Shown: positions 29,684-39,156 of the stretch, in pieces
Layout of the letters: every line of letters starts with the position of its first letter
How positions within the stretch are numbered: position 1 is the first letter of the stretch
Assembly: GCA_963831935.1 (NCBI GenBank)
Contig: CAWHSH010000001.1
Coordinates: forward strand, 672,378 to 736,377
Source of the DNA: an uncultured Bacteroidales bacterium
GTDB lineage: Bacteria; Bacteroidota; Bacteroidia; Bacteroidales; VadinHA17
DNA length: 64,000 bases
Reading direction: 5' to 3'
Program-made: the position numbers and the translations under genes
Notes under the pieces: model-generated
The model's input: the letters and a program-made list of their open reading frames with translations, nothing else
Told to the model about the DNA's origin: nothing
Databases searched by the model: none

Positions 29684-30781
29684 ATGGGACAGGAAAAAGT
29701 TATTGCCGGTTTTATTGGTGCGGGAGGTATTGCACGGTCACATGCATTTTCGCTCAATTCTGTAAAATACTATTACAGTGATGCCCCTGAAATTGAACTG
29801 GCTGCAGTATGTTCAGCTTCAGAGATGAGCCGGAAATCATTTGCAGGCCAATACGGATTCATGAAATCATGTGATCTTAAGGAGTTTATTGAAAACGACA
29901 GGATCAACACTGTATTCATTCTTGGGCCGAACAAGGTTCATTATGAACACCTCCAGGCAGTACTTGGGATGAAAGCCGTAAAACGTGTCTATCTCGAAAA
30001 ACCTGTATGTTCGACAATTGATGAAGAGATAGCAATCATGCGTCTGGTTGATCTTTATCCCTCCGTGAAAATACAGGTTGGCTTCCAGTATCTTTTTACA
30101 ACTGCAGCAAGGGATGCACTGGCATTATGGAAATCAGGTATTTTGGGAAAACCGGTCCATTTTGACCTGACATACTACCACGGCGATTATCTGAAAAAGG
30201 AATATCGTTTGAAGAGAGTTTCGAGGCTTACCCCTGCTCCTGACGGAGGTGCCATGGCTGATCTCGGTTGCCATGCAATAAGCCTTCTCATCGCTTTCCT
30301 GGGTAAAAGGCTTCACGTAACAGGAGCCCTGCAGGCCGGGCACTTTGAAGATGTGACTGAGGAATCAGATCTCTTTAGCCAGATATCAATTTACGATGAA
30401 ATCAGCCGTGCAGCCGGAACGATTTCTGCGAGCCGGATCAGCTCAGGAAGCGGGGATAATTTGTCGGTTGAACTATATGCAGTAGACGGGGCCCTCCGGT
30501 ACTCATCAACAACACCGGATTTTTTTGAATATTTTACCGAGGAATCAGGTATTTGGTCGAAAAGGTTAACCGGAAGCAATTACCATCCGGTCACAACCTT
30601 CCCGTCGGGACATGTTCCCGGGGGATGGCACCGGTCGATGATACACGCTCATTATGTTTTTCTGACCGGAGGTTCTTCCGAAACAGTCATCCCGGATATT
30701 GAACACGGGCTGCAGGTCCAGAGACTTGTAAGGGAAACGGCAGAACATCTTGCCAGGTTCCGGGAGATGAGGAATCAGTGA
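29684..30781 (+). CDS. Gfo/Idh/MocA-family oxidoreductase
   Basis: GAGGIA Rossmann motif, LEKP, GGAMADLGCH. Confidence 0.85.
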   Translation: MGQEKVIAGFIGAGGIARSHAFSLNSVKYYYSDAPEIELAAVCSASEMSRKSFAGQYGFMKSCDLKEFIENDRINTVFILGPNKVHYEHLQAVLGMKAVKRVYLEKPVCSTIDEEIAIMRLVDLYPSVKIQVGFQYLFTTAARDALALWKSGILGKPVHFDLTYYHGDYLKKEYRLKRVSRLTPAPDGGAMADLGCHAISLLIAFLGKRLHVTGALQAGHFEDVTEESDLFSQISIYDEISRAAGTISASRISSGSGDNLSVELYAVDGALRYSSTTPDFFEYFTEESGIWSKRLTGSNYHPVTTFPSGHVPGGWHRSMIHAHYVFLTGGSSETVIPDIEHGLQVQRLVRETAEHLARFREMRNQ

Positions 30782-30869
30782 AATAGAATATTTTTCACCC
30801 TTACCTGGTTTTTTATTTTGCCATTGTGTCATTGTGCCTTTGAGCCTTTAACTGACTAACAACCACAAT

Positions 30870-32405
30870 ATGGAAAAGAACAATAAGGACAATTCGATAA
30901 TCATCATCGGAGCCGGATTCGCCGGTCTTGCTTCCGGCATTTACGCCCAGATGAACGGGTACAGGTCACAGATATTTGAAATGCATGACCTGCCCGGGGG
31001 CCTGTGCACATCATGGAAAAGAAAAGGATATACAATCGACTGCTGTATCCACTGGCTGGTTGGATCTTCACCGGACAGCCAGATGCATGACCTCTGGGAA
31101 GAAGTTGGACTGACGCAGGGAAGGAAATTCGTCAGTATGGATGAATACATGCATTTTGAAAGCCACGACGGCCGGGTACTGACCTTTTATACTGATGTAG
31201 ACCGTCTTGAAAAACATCTCCTGGAATTTTCCCCTGTTGATGCAGAGCCCATAAAAGATCTCATCAACGGAATAAGGATGTGCCTGTCGTTCGACCAGCC
31301 CTCCAGACAGACTCCCTGGGGAAAGCGCACGATGAAGCAAATCCGTCTTGGCTTAAGTTTCATCCGGAACGGGAAGATTATGAAGCGTTGGATGAAGACA
31401 ACCTGCAGCGATTTTGCACGCCGGTTTAAAAATCCAATGCTCAGAAAAGCCATTGAGGAGATCTGGCTTCCTGAATTTTCAATGCTTTTCCTGCTGTTTA
31501 CCTTTGCCTACCTGCATACGAAAAACGCCGGTTACCCTTTAGGTGGTTCAATGCCTATGTCGCGCGCACTGGAAAAAAAGTATACTGAGCTCGGAGGAGT
31601 GATAAATTATGGTAAACGCGTTGAAAAGATAATCATTGAAAATGACAGTGCCGCAGGAATACGACTGACCGACGGAACTGAATTCCGCTCCAGGGTGGTT
31701 ATCTCAGCTGCCGACGGCTACAACACAATCTTTAAAATGCTCGATGGCAGATACTCCGATGAAAAAATCAGGTACCAGTACGATAAATGGCCTTTATTCC
31801 CACCACTAATATTTGTTGGCATGGGCATCAACCGGAAGTTTGATGATGTTCCGGCTTCTGTTTCCGGCTTCAGCTTCCCGCTTAAGAAACCTGTTGAAAT
31901 CGGTGACAGAATGCGTGAAAGAATCACAGTTCATCTCTATAACCACGATCCGTCAATGGCACCGGAAGGGCGTTCGGCTCTTACACTTATGTTTGAAACC
32001 GATTACGTTTATTGGAAAAAACTTTATGAAGACAGGAAGGTTTACGAAGAAAAAAAAGATGAAATAGCCAATATCGTGGTCGACCTTCTCGAACAGCGCT
32101 TTCCCGGAATTTCGTCGCAGGTGGAAATGATTAATGTGGCCACCCCGCTGACTTTCGAGAGATATACCGGCAACTGGAAGGGAAGCTTTGAGGGCTGGCT
32201 TATCACCCCTGATAATGCAAACGTCATGATGAAACCGATGTCACAATCATTACCGGGCCTTCAAAATTTCTATCTGTGCGGTCAATGGGTCGAACCTGGG
32301 GGAGGACTTCCTACAGGAGTTATGTCTGGCAGAAGACTCATAAAAAGGATGTGTAAAGAGGACGGGAAGAAGTTCAAAACAGACTTCGGGAAAGGTGGCA
32401 GTTAG
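30870..32405 (+). CDS. Phytoene-desaturase-like FAD-dependent oxidoreductase
   Basis: IIGAGFAGL, PGGLCTSW, C-terminal CGQWVEPGGGLP. Confidence 0.82.
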   Translation: MEKNNKDNSIIIIGAGFAGLASGIYAQMNGYRSQIFEMHDLPGGLCTSWKRKGYTIDCCIHWLVGSSPDSQMHDLWEEVGLTQGRKFVSMDEYMHFESHDGRVLTFYTDVDRLEKHLLEFSPVDAEPIKDLINGIRMCLSFDQPSRQTPWGKRTMKQIRLGLSFIRNGKIMKRWMKTTCSDFARRFKNPMLRKAIEEIWLPEFSMLFLLFTFAYLHTKNAGYPLGGSMPMSRALEKKYTELGGVINYGKRVEKIIIENDSAAGIRLTDGTEFRSRVVISAADGYNTIFKMLDGRYSDEKIRYQYDKWPLFPPLIFVGMGINRKFDDVPASVSGFSFPLKKPVEIGDRMRERITVHLYNHDPSMAPEGRSALTLMFETDYVYWKKLYEDRKVYEEKKDEIANIVVDLLEQRFPGISSQVEMINVATPLTFERYTGNWKGSFEGWLITPDNANVMMKPMSQSLPGLQNFYLCGQWVEPGGGLPTGVMSGRRLIKRMCKEDGKKFKTDFGKGGS

Positions 32406-32460
32406 CCTTTCTTTCTCTGTGTCCTTCTGAGGTTCTTCTGTGTTTTCTGCATAAATCCTT

Positions 32461-34143
32461 CTAGGCCAATTTTTTGTACTTTATCCTCGCCGGAGTGGTA
32501 TCTGATACACGTTTTTTATAGTTTTCCTCGTAGTCGGAATAGTTACCTTCGAACCAGACTACTTTTGAATTGCCTTCAAAAGCGAGCATATGCGTTGTAA
32601 TCCTGTCGAGGAACCATCTGTCGTGCGAAATTATAACCGCGCATCCGGCGAAGTTTTCAAGGCCCTCTTCCAGCGCTCTGAGGGTATTGACATCTATATC
32701 GTTTGTGGGTTCGTCAAGAAGCAGGACATTGGCTCCCGATTTGAGTGTCAGTGCAAGGTGAAGCCTGTTTCTCTCGCCGCCCGAGAGGACGCCGCACTTT
32801 TTTTCCTGGTCAGCGCCGGTAAAATTAAAGCGTGAAACATAAGCCCGGGCATTCACAAGCCTGTTACCTACAAGAATGTCGTTTTGTCCTCCAGAAATGA
32901 CTTCATAGACGCTTTTTGCAGGATCGATTGCTGTATGTGCCTGGTCGACATATCCGGTCATCACGGTTTCACCTATCTCAAAAACTCCCCTGGTCGGTAC
33001 TTCCTGACCCATGATCATCCTGAATAGTGTTGTTTTGCCGGCTCCGTTGGGGCCAATAACGCCCACGATACCGTTTGGAGGCAGGCTGAATTCGAGATCT
33101 TCAAAAAGGAGCTTGTCGCCAAATGACTTTGCCACATGGGATGCATTAATAACCTTGTCTCCAAGCCTTGGCCCGTTGGGAATAAATATCTCTAGCCTTT
33201 CCTCTTTTGCTTTTGTATCCTGGTTCAGAAGGTTTTCATAGGCTCCAAGTCTTGCTTTTGACTTGGCATGGCGCGCTTTCGGAGACATTCTCACCCATTC
33301 AAGCTCTCTTTCAAGCATCTTTCTTCTCCTGACATTCCCCTTTTCCTCAACCTCAAGACGTTTTGCCTTCTGTTCAAGCCATGATGAATAATTGCCTTTC
33401 CAGGGAATACCTTCACCCCTGTCAAGCTCGAGTATCCAGCCTGCAACATTATCGAGAAAATATCTGTCGTGTGTTATGCAGATAACAGTCCCGTGGTACT
33501 GCCTGAGCGTAGTCTCAAGCCATTGCACCGATTCGGCATCGAGGTGGTTTGTAGGCTCGTCGAGCAAAAGAATATCAGGTTGCTGAAGCAACAGTCTGCA
33601 GAGTGCAACTCTCCTCCTTTCGCCTCCGGAAAGGATATTGACCTTTGCATCGCCTTCGGGACATCTTAGGGCATCCATTGCTCTTTCGAGCTTATGGTCG
33701 ATATTCCAGCCATCGTGATAATCGATCTTCTCCTGGAGAACAGCCTGCTTGTCCATAAGTTGCTGCATCCTGTCAGGATTTTCATACACCTCCGGATCGC
33801 CAAAACTCGTGTTTATCGCCTCATACTGCTTTATCAGGTCCATAATTTCCTTTACGCCCTCCCCGGCAATCTCCCGGACGGTCCGGGAATCGTCCAGGAG
33901 AGGATCCTGAGGAAGGTGTCCCACTGAATATCCGGGGAGAAAAGTCACTTCTCCCTGGTATTCTTTTTCAAGTCCTGCAATGATCCTGAGAAGTGTTGAT
34001 TTCCCGGATCCGTTGAGACCTATTATTCCGATCTTTGCACCAAGAAAGAATGATAGGGAGATATCCTTGAGTACCTGGCGGTGAGGCGGGAAGGTTTTAC
34101 CCACCCGGTACATTGAAAAGATGATTTTGTTGTCGTCGCCCAT
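32461..34143 (-). CDS. ettA: Energy-dependent translational throttle protein EttA (ABC-F)
   Basis: Two ABC cassettes (GLNGSGKST, LSGGERRR; GPNGAGKTT, LSGGERNR), WKGNYSSWLEQK; start ATG 34143. Confidence 0.92.
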   Translation of the reverse strand: MGDDNKIIFSMYRVGKTFPPHRQVLKDISLSFFLGAKIGIIGLNGSGKSTLLRIIAGLEKEYQGEVTFLPGYSVGHLPQDPLLDDSRTVREIAGEGVKEIMDLIKQYEAINTSFGDPEVYENPDRMQQLMDKQAVLQEKIDYHDGWNIDHKLERAMDALRCPEGDAKVNILSGGERRRVALCRLLLQQPDILLLDEPTNHLDAESVQWLETTLRQYHGTVICITHDRYFLDNVAGWILELDRGEGIPWKGNYSSWLEQKAKRLEVEEKGNVRRRKMLERELEWVRMSPKARHAKSKARLGAYENLLNQDTKAKEERLEIFIPNGPRLGDKVINASHVAKSFGDKLLFEDLEFSLPPNGIVGVIGPNGAGKTTLFRMIMGQEVPTRGVFEIGETVMTGYVDQAHTAIDPAKSVYEVISGGQNDILVGNRLVNARAYVSRFNFTGADQEKKCGVLSGGERNRLHLALTLKSGANVLLLDEPTNDIDVNTLRALEEGLENFAGCAVIISHDRWFLDRITTHMLAFEGNSKVVWFEGNYSDYEENYKKRVSDTTPARIKYKKLA

Positions 34144-34219
34144 AAAAATGATTTTGCGACAATTTAGAAAAAAAATAAGGACCAAGGTCCTTTTGAAACA
34201 GAGCAATTTATTTTTTGAC

Positions 34220-34289
34220 CACGGTGTAACCCTCGGCCGCCAAAGGCTTGCCGACATCGCGGCATGAAGTTTTCAAAGAGTTACACTGT
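34220..34289. repeat. REP-like palindrome with inserted mini-hairpin
   Basis: ACGGTGTAAC...GAGTTACACTGT arms with CGGCCGCCAAAGGCTTGCCG inside. Confidence 0.45.
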
Positions 34290-34376
34290 TATTTATTTTG
34301 ACGAAATCATTATGCGCAACTCTGCATCTCTGTGGTTTGTGGATTTTCATGAACAGCTTATCCCCTGCCTGGGGTC

Positions 34377-34760
34377 TTATATTTTTGGCTGCTGGAACAA
34401 TTTGATCGTTTCATCCTGCAGGAGCACCCAAAGTGAATAGACACCTTTCAGGGTACCAATTGGAATATTCAGGCACCCGAGGGCAGCAACCACAATTATC
34501 AGGTATCTTGCCCATGGCTGCAAGGACAAAAGCCCGATCCCCCCTACCAGTCCGAGTGTTGACATAAAACCAATAAGCAGGGGGATACTGACTGAGAGAA
34601 AACCCAGTACCATCGTAGGTACTTCATCACCGCCCACAACACCTTTGGCAAAATTAAGGGCAAAAAATGCTCCGAGAGCCAAAATCAAACCGAGTATGCC
34701 AAAGCCGATATGTATCGCTCCGACCACGGTCACATGTTTTTTCATTCTTGGATCTTCCAT
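34377..34760 (-). CDS. Hypothetical membrane protein (about 3 TM)
   Basis: Hydrophobic segments, IPIGT motif. Confidence 0.7.
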   Translation of the reverse strand: MEDPRMKKHVTVVGAIHIGFGILGLILALGAFFALNFAKGVVGGDEVPTMVLGFLSVSIPLLIGFMSTLGLVGGIGLLSLQPWARYLIIVVAALGCLNIPIGTLKGVYSLWVLLQDETIKLFQQPKI

Positions 34761-34929
34761 GACAATAATTTGTTTGTTCAGTAGTTTATGTTTTCATTCC
34801 GGATTAATGACTTGGGTTTAGAAAAATTGTTGCATCAAAATACCTAATAAATTTAAAAAAATAACGTTTTTCAAAGAAAACAATAGCGGCAGGGACCAGT
34901 TTTATTAATTTGACTTCAAATAACTTCAT

Positions 34930-35160
34930 ATGAAACGGATACTTATACTTGCTATTTCGTTTATCATCATATCCTGGGCTTTCACTTCATGCGAGTCATT
35001 AGGTACATGCAAGATCTGCAGGCAGGTAACTTCCGAGATTGGCGGTGGTGTTATCTCAGAAGGCACTGAAACTGAGTATTGTGATGCGGCACTGATCGCA
35101 ATAGAAGCCAAGGACGACGTGATTGTCGGAAATACAAAAATATCCTGGGAATGCAGATAG
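34930..35160 (+). CDS. Small cysteine-rich lipoprotein
   Basis: Signal peptide with lipobox FTS-C; CKIC plus two further Cys; AT-rich leader. Confidence 0.7.
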   Translation: MKRILILAISFIIISWAFTSCESLGTCKICRQVTSEIGGGVISEGTETEYCDAALIAIEAKDDVIVGNTKISWECR

Positions 35161-35396
35161 ACCCATCTTCTGGCAACTGATTTTCATTTCCTGAAGGCGG
35201 GATGCTCCACTTCTGTTTTACTTTTTTCCTATCCATCCGGTACTTTTTAAAGATCTGCTTTTTATCTTGAATAAAACCTTGGAAATCTCAATTTCCGGTG
35301 TTAAATTTGTTGATAAGTTGTTAATAATTGCGATTTTTAATTAACCTCACGTCAATATCTTGTCGTACTTTTATACAGGTCATAATCAATTTTGCA

Positions 35397-35819
35397 ATGT
35401 CTCTGAATTTCAGCAGTTTAGAATTAAAAGATAAAACTATAGCCATTGTTGAGGACGATGTTCCGTCGACGAGGTACTACGAAACTCTTCTTCAAAGTTC
35501 AGGGGCAGAAGTAATAAAATTCCGTACGGGCAGGGATTTTGTTGAATTTATAAAGAATAAGGAAGCCAAAATTGACCTTGTTATAATGGATTTTCTAATA
35601 CCTCTTATCAATGGCATTGATTGCACAAGGATGTTCAGAAAAGACAGGAAAAATGTTCCTGTACTTATGATAACTGCCTATTCTTCCGAACAATCAAAAT
35701 CGGATGCGTACATTGCCGGATGCAATGAATATATTCTGAAACCTGTGTACCCTGAAAAAGTATATGCCCTGCTGGAGAAATACCTGAAGCAGGAAGTTCA
35801 CAGTTCTGCCATTTACTGA
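35397..35819 (+). CDS. Single-domain (CheY-like) response regulator
   Basis: VEDD, IMDFLIP, ITAY, LKPV; start ATG 35397. Confidence 0.85.
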   Translation: MSLNFSSLELKDKTIAIVEDDVPSTRYYETLLQSSGAEVIKFRTGRDFVEFIKNKEAKIDLVIMDFLIPLINGIDCTRMFRKDRKNVPVLMITAYSSEQSKSDAYIAGCNEYILKPVYPEKVYALLEKYLKQEVHSSAIY

Positions 35820-38800
35820 TCCTGCTTTTCCGTTAAAGTCTTCTGCCTGCTCAGGTAATCAGCATAGTATGCTTCAAGCTTTTTATTAATTTCATCAGCC
35901 AGTTCCTTCTTTCCGTTTGCCTCACAATAAGCAGCCGCTTTTGATGTGTTCTGAATCGCTGACTGGATTTCATATTCAGCAGAACTGACATAGGAATTAT
36001 CCTGTTTCAGGAAATAATCAAGCCTTTCGTAATTATAGTCACCAGCTCCCTGGTCATTTCAACTGCTTTGTCAGCCTCTCCTGCTGCAAAATAAGCATCA
36101 ATAAGGTCTGTAATAGGGATCAATCGGGAATCTGTCGGCAGGAAGCACTTCAAGACATCGGTTCAGTACTTCAACGGCTTTCTCATTTTTGCCTTCGGAA
36201 GCAAGTGCTTTGGCAAGGCGTGCATAGTTTAACCTGGCTTTTACAACAATCAGGGTTCTGATATGATTATAATCAAGGTTTACTTTAGGATTATTTGCAC
36301 CTCCCCACACAAATTTATTCATTATGTTATTATACAGAATATCAGTGTCTATTCTTCCGTAATCCACCCAGCTCTTATTTTGTGATTTTATTGGTACTAA
36401 CCTGTAAGCTAGGCCTTCCAGCTGAAAATATTCTTCAAGACCAAGAGCATCATTATGATAACCGGTCACGAAGTAAATGGGACGTTCCCAGTTGTTATGA
36501 GCGAGGATATCAAGTACTATCAGCTGGCTTTTAAGTATTGAATTGCCTTTAAGCTTAATATCTATATATGGTACTATCTTTGAAGCATCCTCAGGCTTAA
36601 CGGTTCCTGACGCAATTACCTTTGCCGAATCGACAGGTATCCTGATGGTCCTGGAAGGTATTATATCGAGTATTTCAGTTGGCGATATCTGAACTTTTGT
36701 GGCCTTATTATCGCTATTAACATAATCTATAATGGTTGATATATTGACTGGTTCCTTTGTCTTTTCGACAATAAAGACCTGGTTGTTAACGCCGTCATAA
36801 TATTTCTGCACCGGAAGCGTGACCGGCAGAGGATCCGATTCGTAAGTTTTTCTTTTCATCTGGTTTATGTACCAATCAGTGTTAAGCAGCATAAGGTTGC
36901 ATACTCTGACGTCGGTTCTCATGCCTTCAACTTCCTGGGCATACCACAAGGGGAATGTATCATTATCGCCATTGGTAAAGAGGATGGCATCAGTGGCACA
37001 GGAATTAAGGTAGTCAAAAGCTACATCCCTTGCCAGGTAGCGGCCCGATCGGTCATGATCATCCCAGTCTTCGGATCCCATGATTACAGGAACAGCAAGT
37101 AGACACAAAACGCCTGCAAGCGGTGCGGCAATTTTCTCGCTCGTTAATTTTGAAAAGGCCTCAAACAAAGCCAGGACTCCCAGGCCGATCCATACCGCGA
37201 AAAAGTAAAATGAACCTGCGTAGGCATAGTCCCTTTCCCGCGGCTGGTTTGGATACTGGTTCAGGTAAAAGACGATCGCGATCCCCGTCATTATGAACAG
37301 GAGCAGGATCACCCACCAATTCTTGTAATCACGGTTGATCTGGTAAAATAAACCTGCAATTCCCAGAAGTAGAGGGAGCAGATAATATTTGTTCCTTGAG
37401 GTATCTTTATTCATGACCGGAGGCAGGTCAGAAGTTCCTACCCTGGGATCATCCAGAAATTTAATTCCTGATATCCAGTTCCCGTTGACGGCCCTCCAGT
37501 TCCCTGTGTATCATTCTGTTTACCTGCAAAATTCCACATGAAATACCTGAAATACATATATCCGAACTGGTATGTGAACATGAATCTTAGGTTCTCGCTG
37601 AACTTTGGTTTGCGGATTATTTCCTTTTCGCCTGACTGAGTAGTGACACTTATGGGTATTCCCTTGATCTTGCCCCACTCCTGGTAAACCGGTTCAGCAT
37701 CACTCTGGTCGTCCACATACGGGGGAAAAGAGTCATGAACCGGGGATCATACACTCTTTCAAGATTATATGAGCTTATAATATATTTACCGTTTTCGAGG
37801 ACATACCTGGGTTTTCCGTCCTTGTATTCAGTTACGGGAGCATTAAAATAGGGCCCACGGAAAAGTGGTCTTTCCCCGTATTGCTCCCTGTTAAGGAAGT
37901 AGAGCAGGCTGAAGGGATTTTCCGGTTGATTTTCATTTAGCGGAGTATCTGCCGACGCCCGTATAACGATAATAGCATTCGCTGAGTAACCGATCATAAT
38001 TACCATGATCGCAGTAAGCGCAGTATTTAAAACCGGAAGATTTTTCCCTGCCAGATACCATGTAAATCCTGCAACACCTGCAAGAACGATCAGGTTAAGG
38101 ATTGCTGATCCGGATATAACCCAGATGCCTGTCAGCACCAATGCCCCGAAAGCAAATCCTGCATTCCTGATCTTATGCGATGATGTAAGGGTTGATCTTA
38201 CTGCAAGAATGAACAGGACTGCCATAAGTATGAAATGGAAGATCATGCCGATGTTAACTGGTAATCCTAAGGTGTTTACGAAAAACAGGTCGAGCCTGGA
38301 CGATATGGTTACCACTCCGGGCATAATACCATATAACAGAAGTCCCAACAGAACTATTGATATACCGATAGAGATCGCCAGACCTTTCCATGTAAACTCA
38401 TGTTTCTTGAAATAGTAAACCAGAACAATTGCCGGAAGGGTAAGCAGGTTCAGAAGATGCACTCCTATCGAAAGTCCCATCAGGAAGGCGATTAAAATGA
38501 TCCACCTGTTTGCATATTCCTCATCAGCTGCATCTTCCCATTTTAGTATTGCCCAAAAGACCACGGCGGTGAAAAATGATGATGAGGCATAGACTTCCCC
38601 CTCAACAGCAGAAAACCAGAAGGAATCAGAAAATGTAAAAGCAAGTGCCCCGACGGCACCTGCAGCCATAACAGCAGTGATCCTGCCAAAGGTAATATCA
38701 TTATCTTTCCTTATGATGATCTTCCTGGCCAGATGAGTAATTGTCCAGAAGAGAAAAAGTATTGTGAACGCACTTGCAAGAGCTGACATCGAGTTTACCA

Positions 38801-39032
38801 TCGCTGCAACATGCGAAGTATTGCCTCCTGCAAAAAGGGTAAAGAACCTTGCCATTACCATAAATACCGGGTTTCCGGGAGGATGTCCAACTTCGAGTTT
38901 ATACCCGGTGGCGATGTATTCTCCGCAGTCCCACAGGCTTGCAGTAGGCTCAATAGTCATAAGATATGTGAATGCTGCAATTGTGAAAATGATCCAGCCT
39001 GTTATATTGTTAATTAACCTGTATCGTTTCAT
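35813..39032 (-). CDS. DUF2723-domain membrane glycosyltransferase-like protein, frameshifted
   Basis: SLWDCGEYI, GHPPG, AVEGEVY, REQYG, YMWNFAG-type segment, RERDYAY, GDNDTFPLWY; pieces 37650-39032, 37438-37716, 36098-37414 and tail to TAA 35813. Confidence 0.85.
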
Positions 39033-39156
39033 CAGTTAAATATGTTATTCTGAAAATGAATTACATGATTGCCCGGTGAAATTAGTAAATTTTTCAGATT
39101 TTGGTTTCGGGTAGTGACACTCACTTATTTTACTACTTTTGGGTAAATGATCCTGC

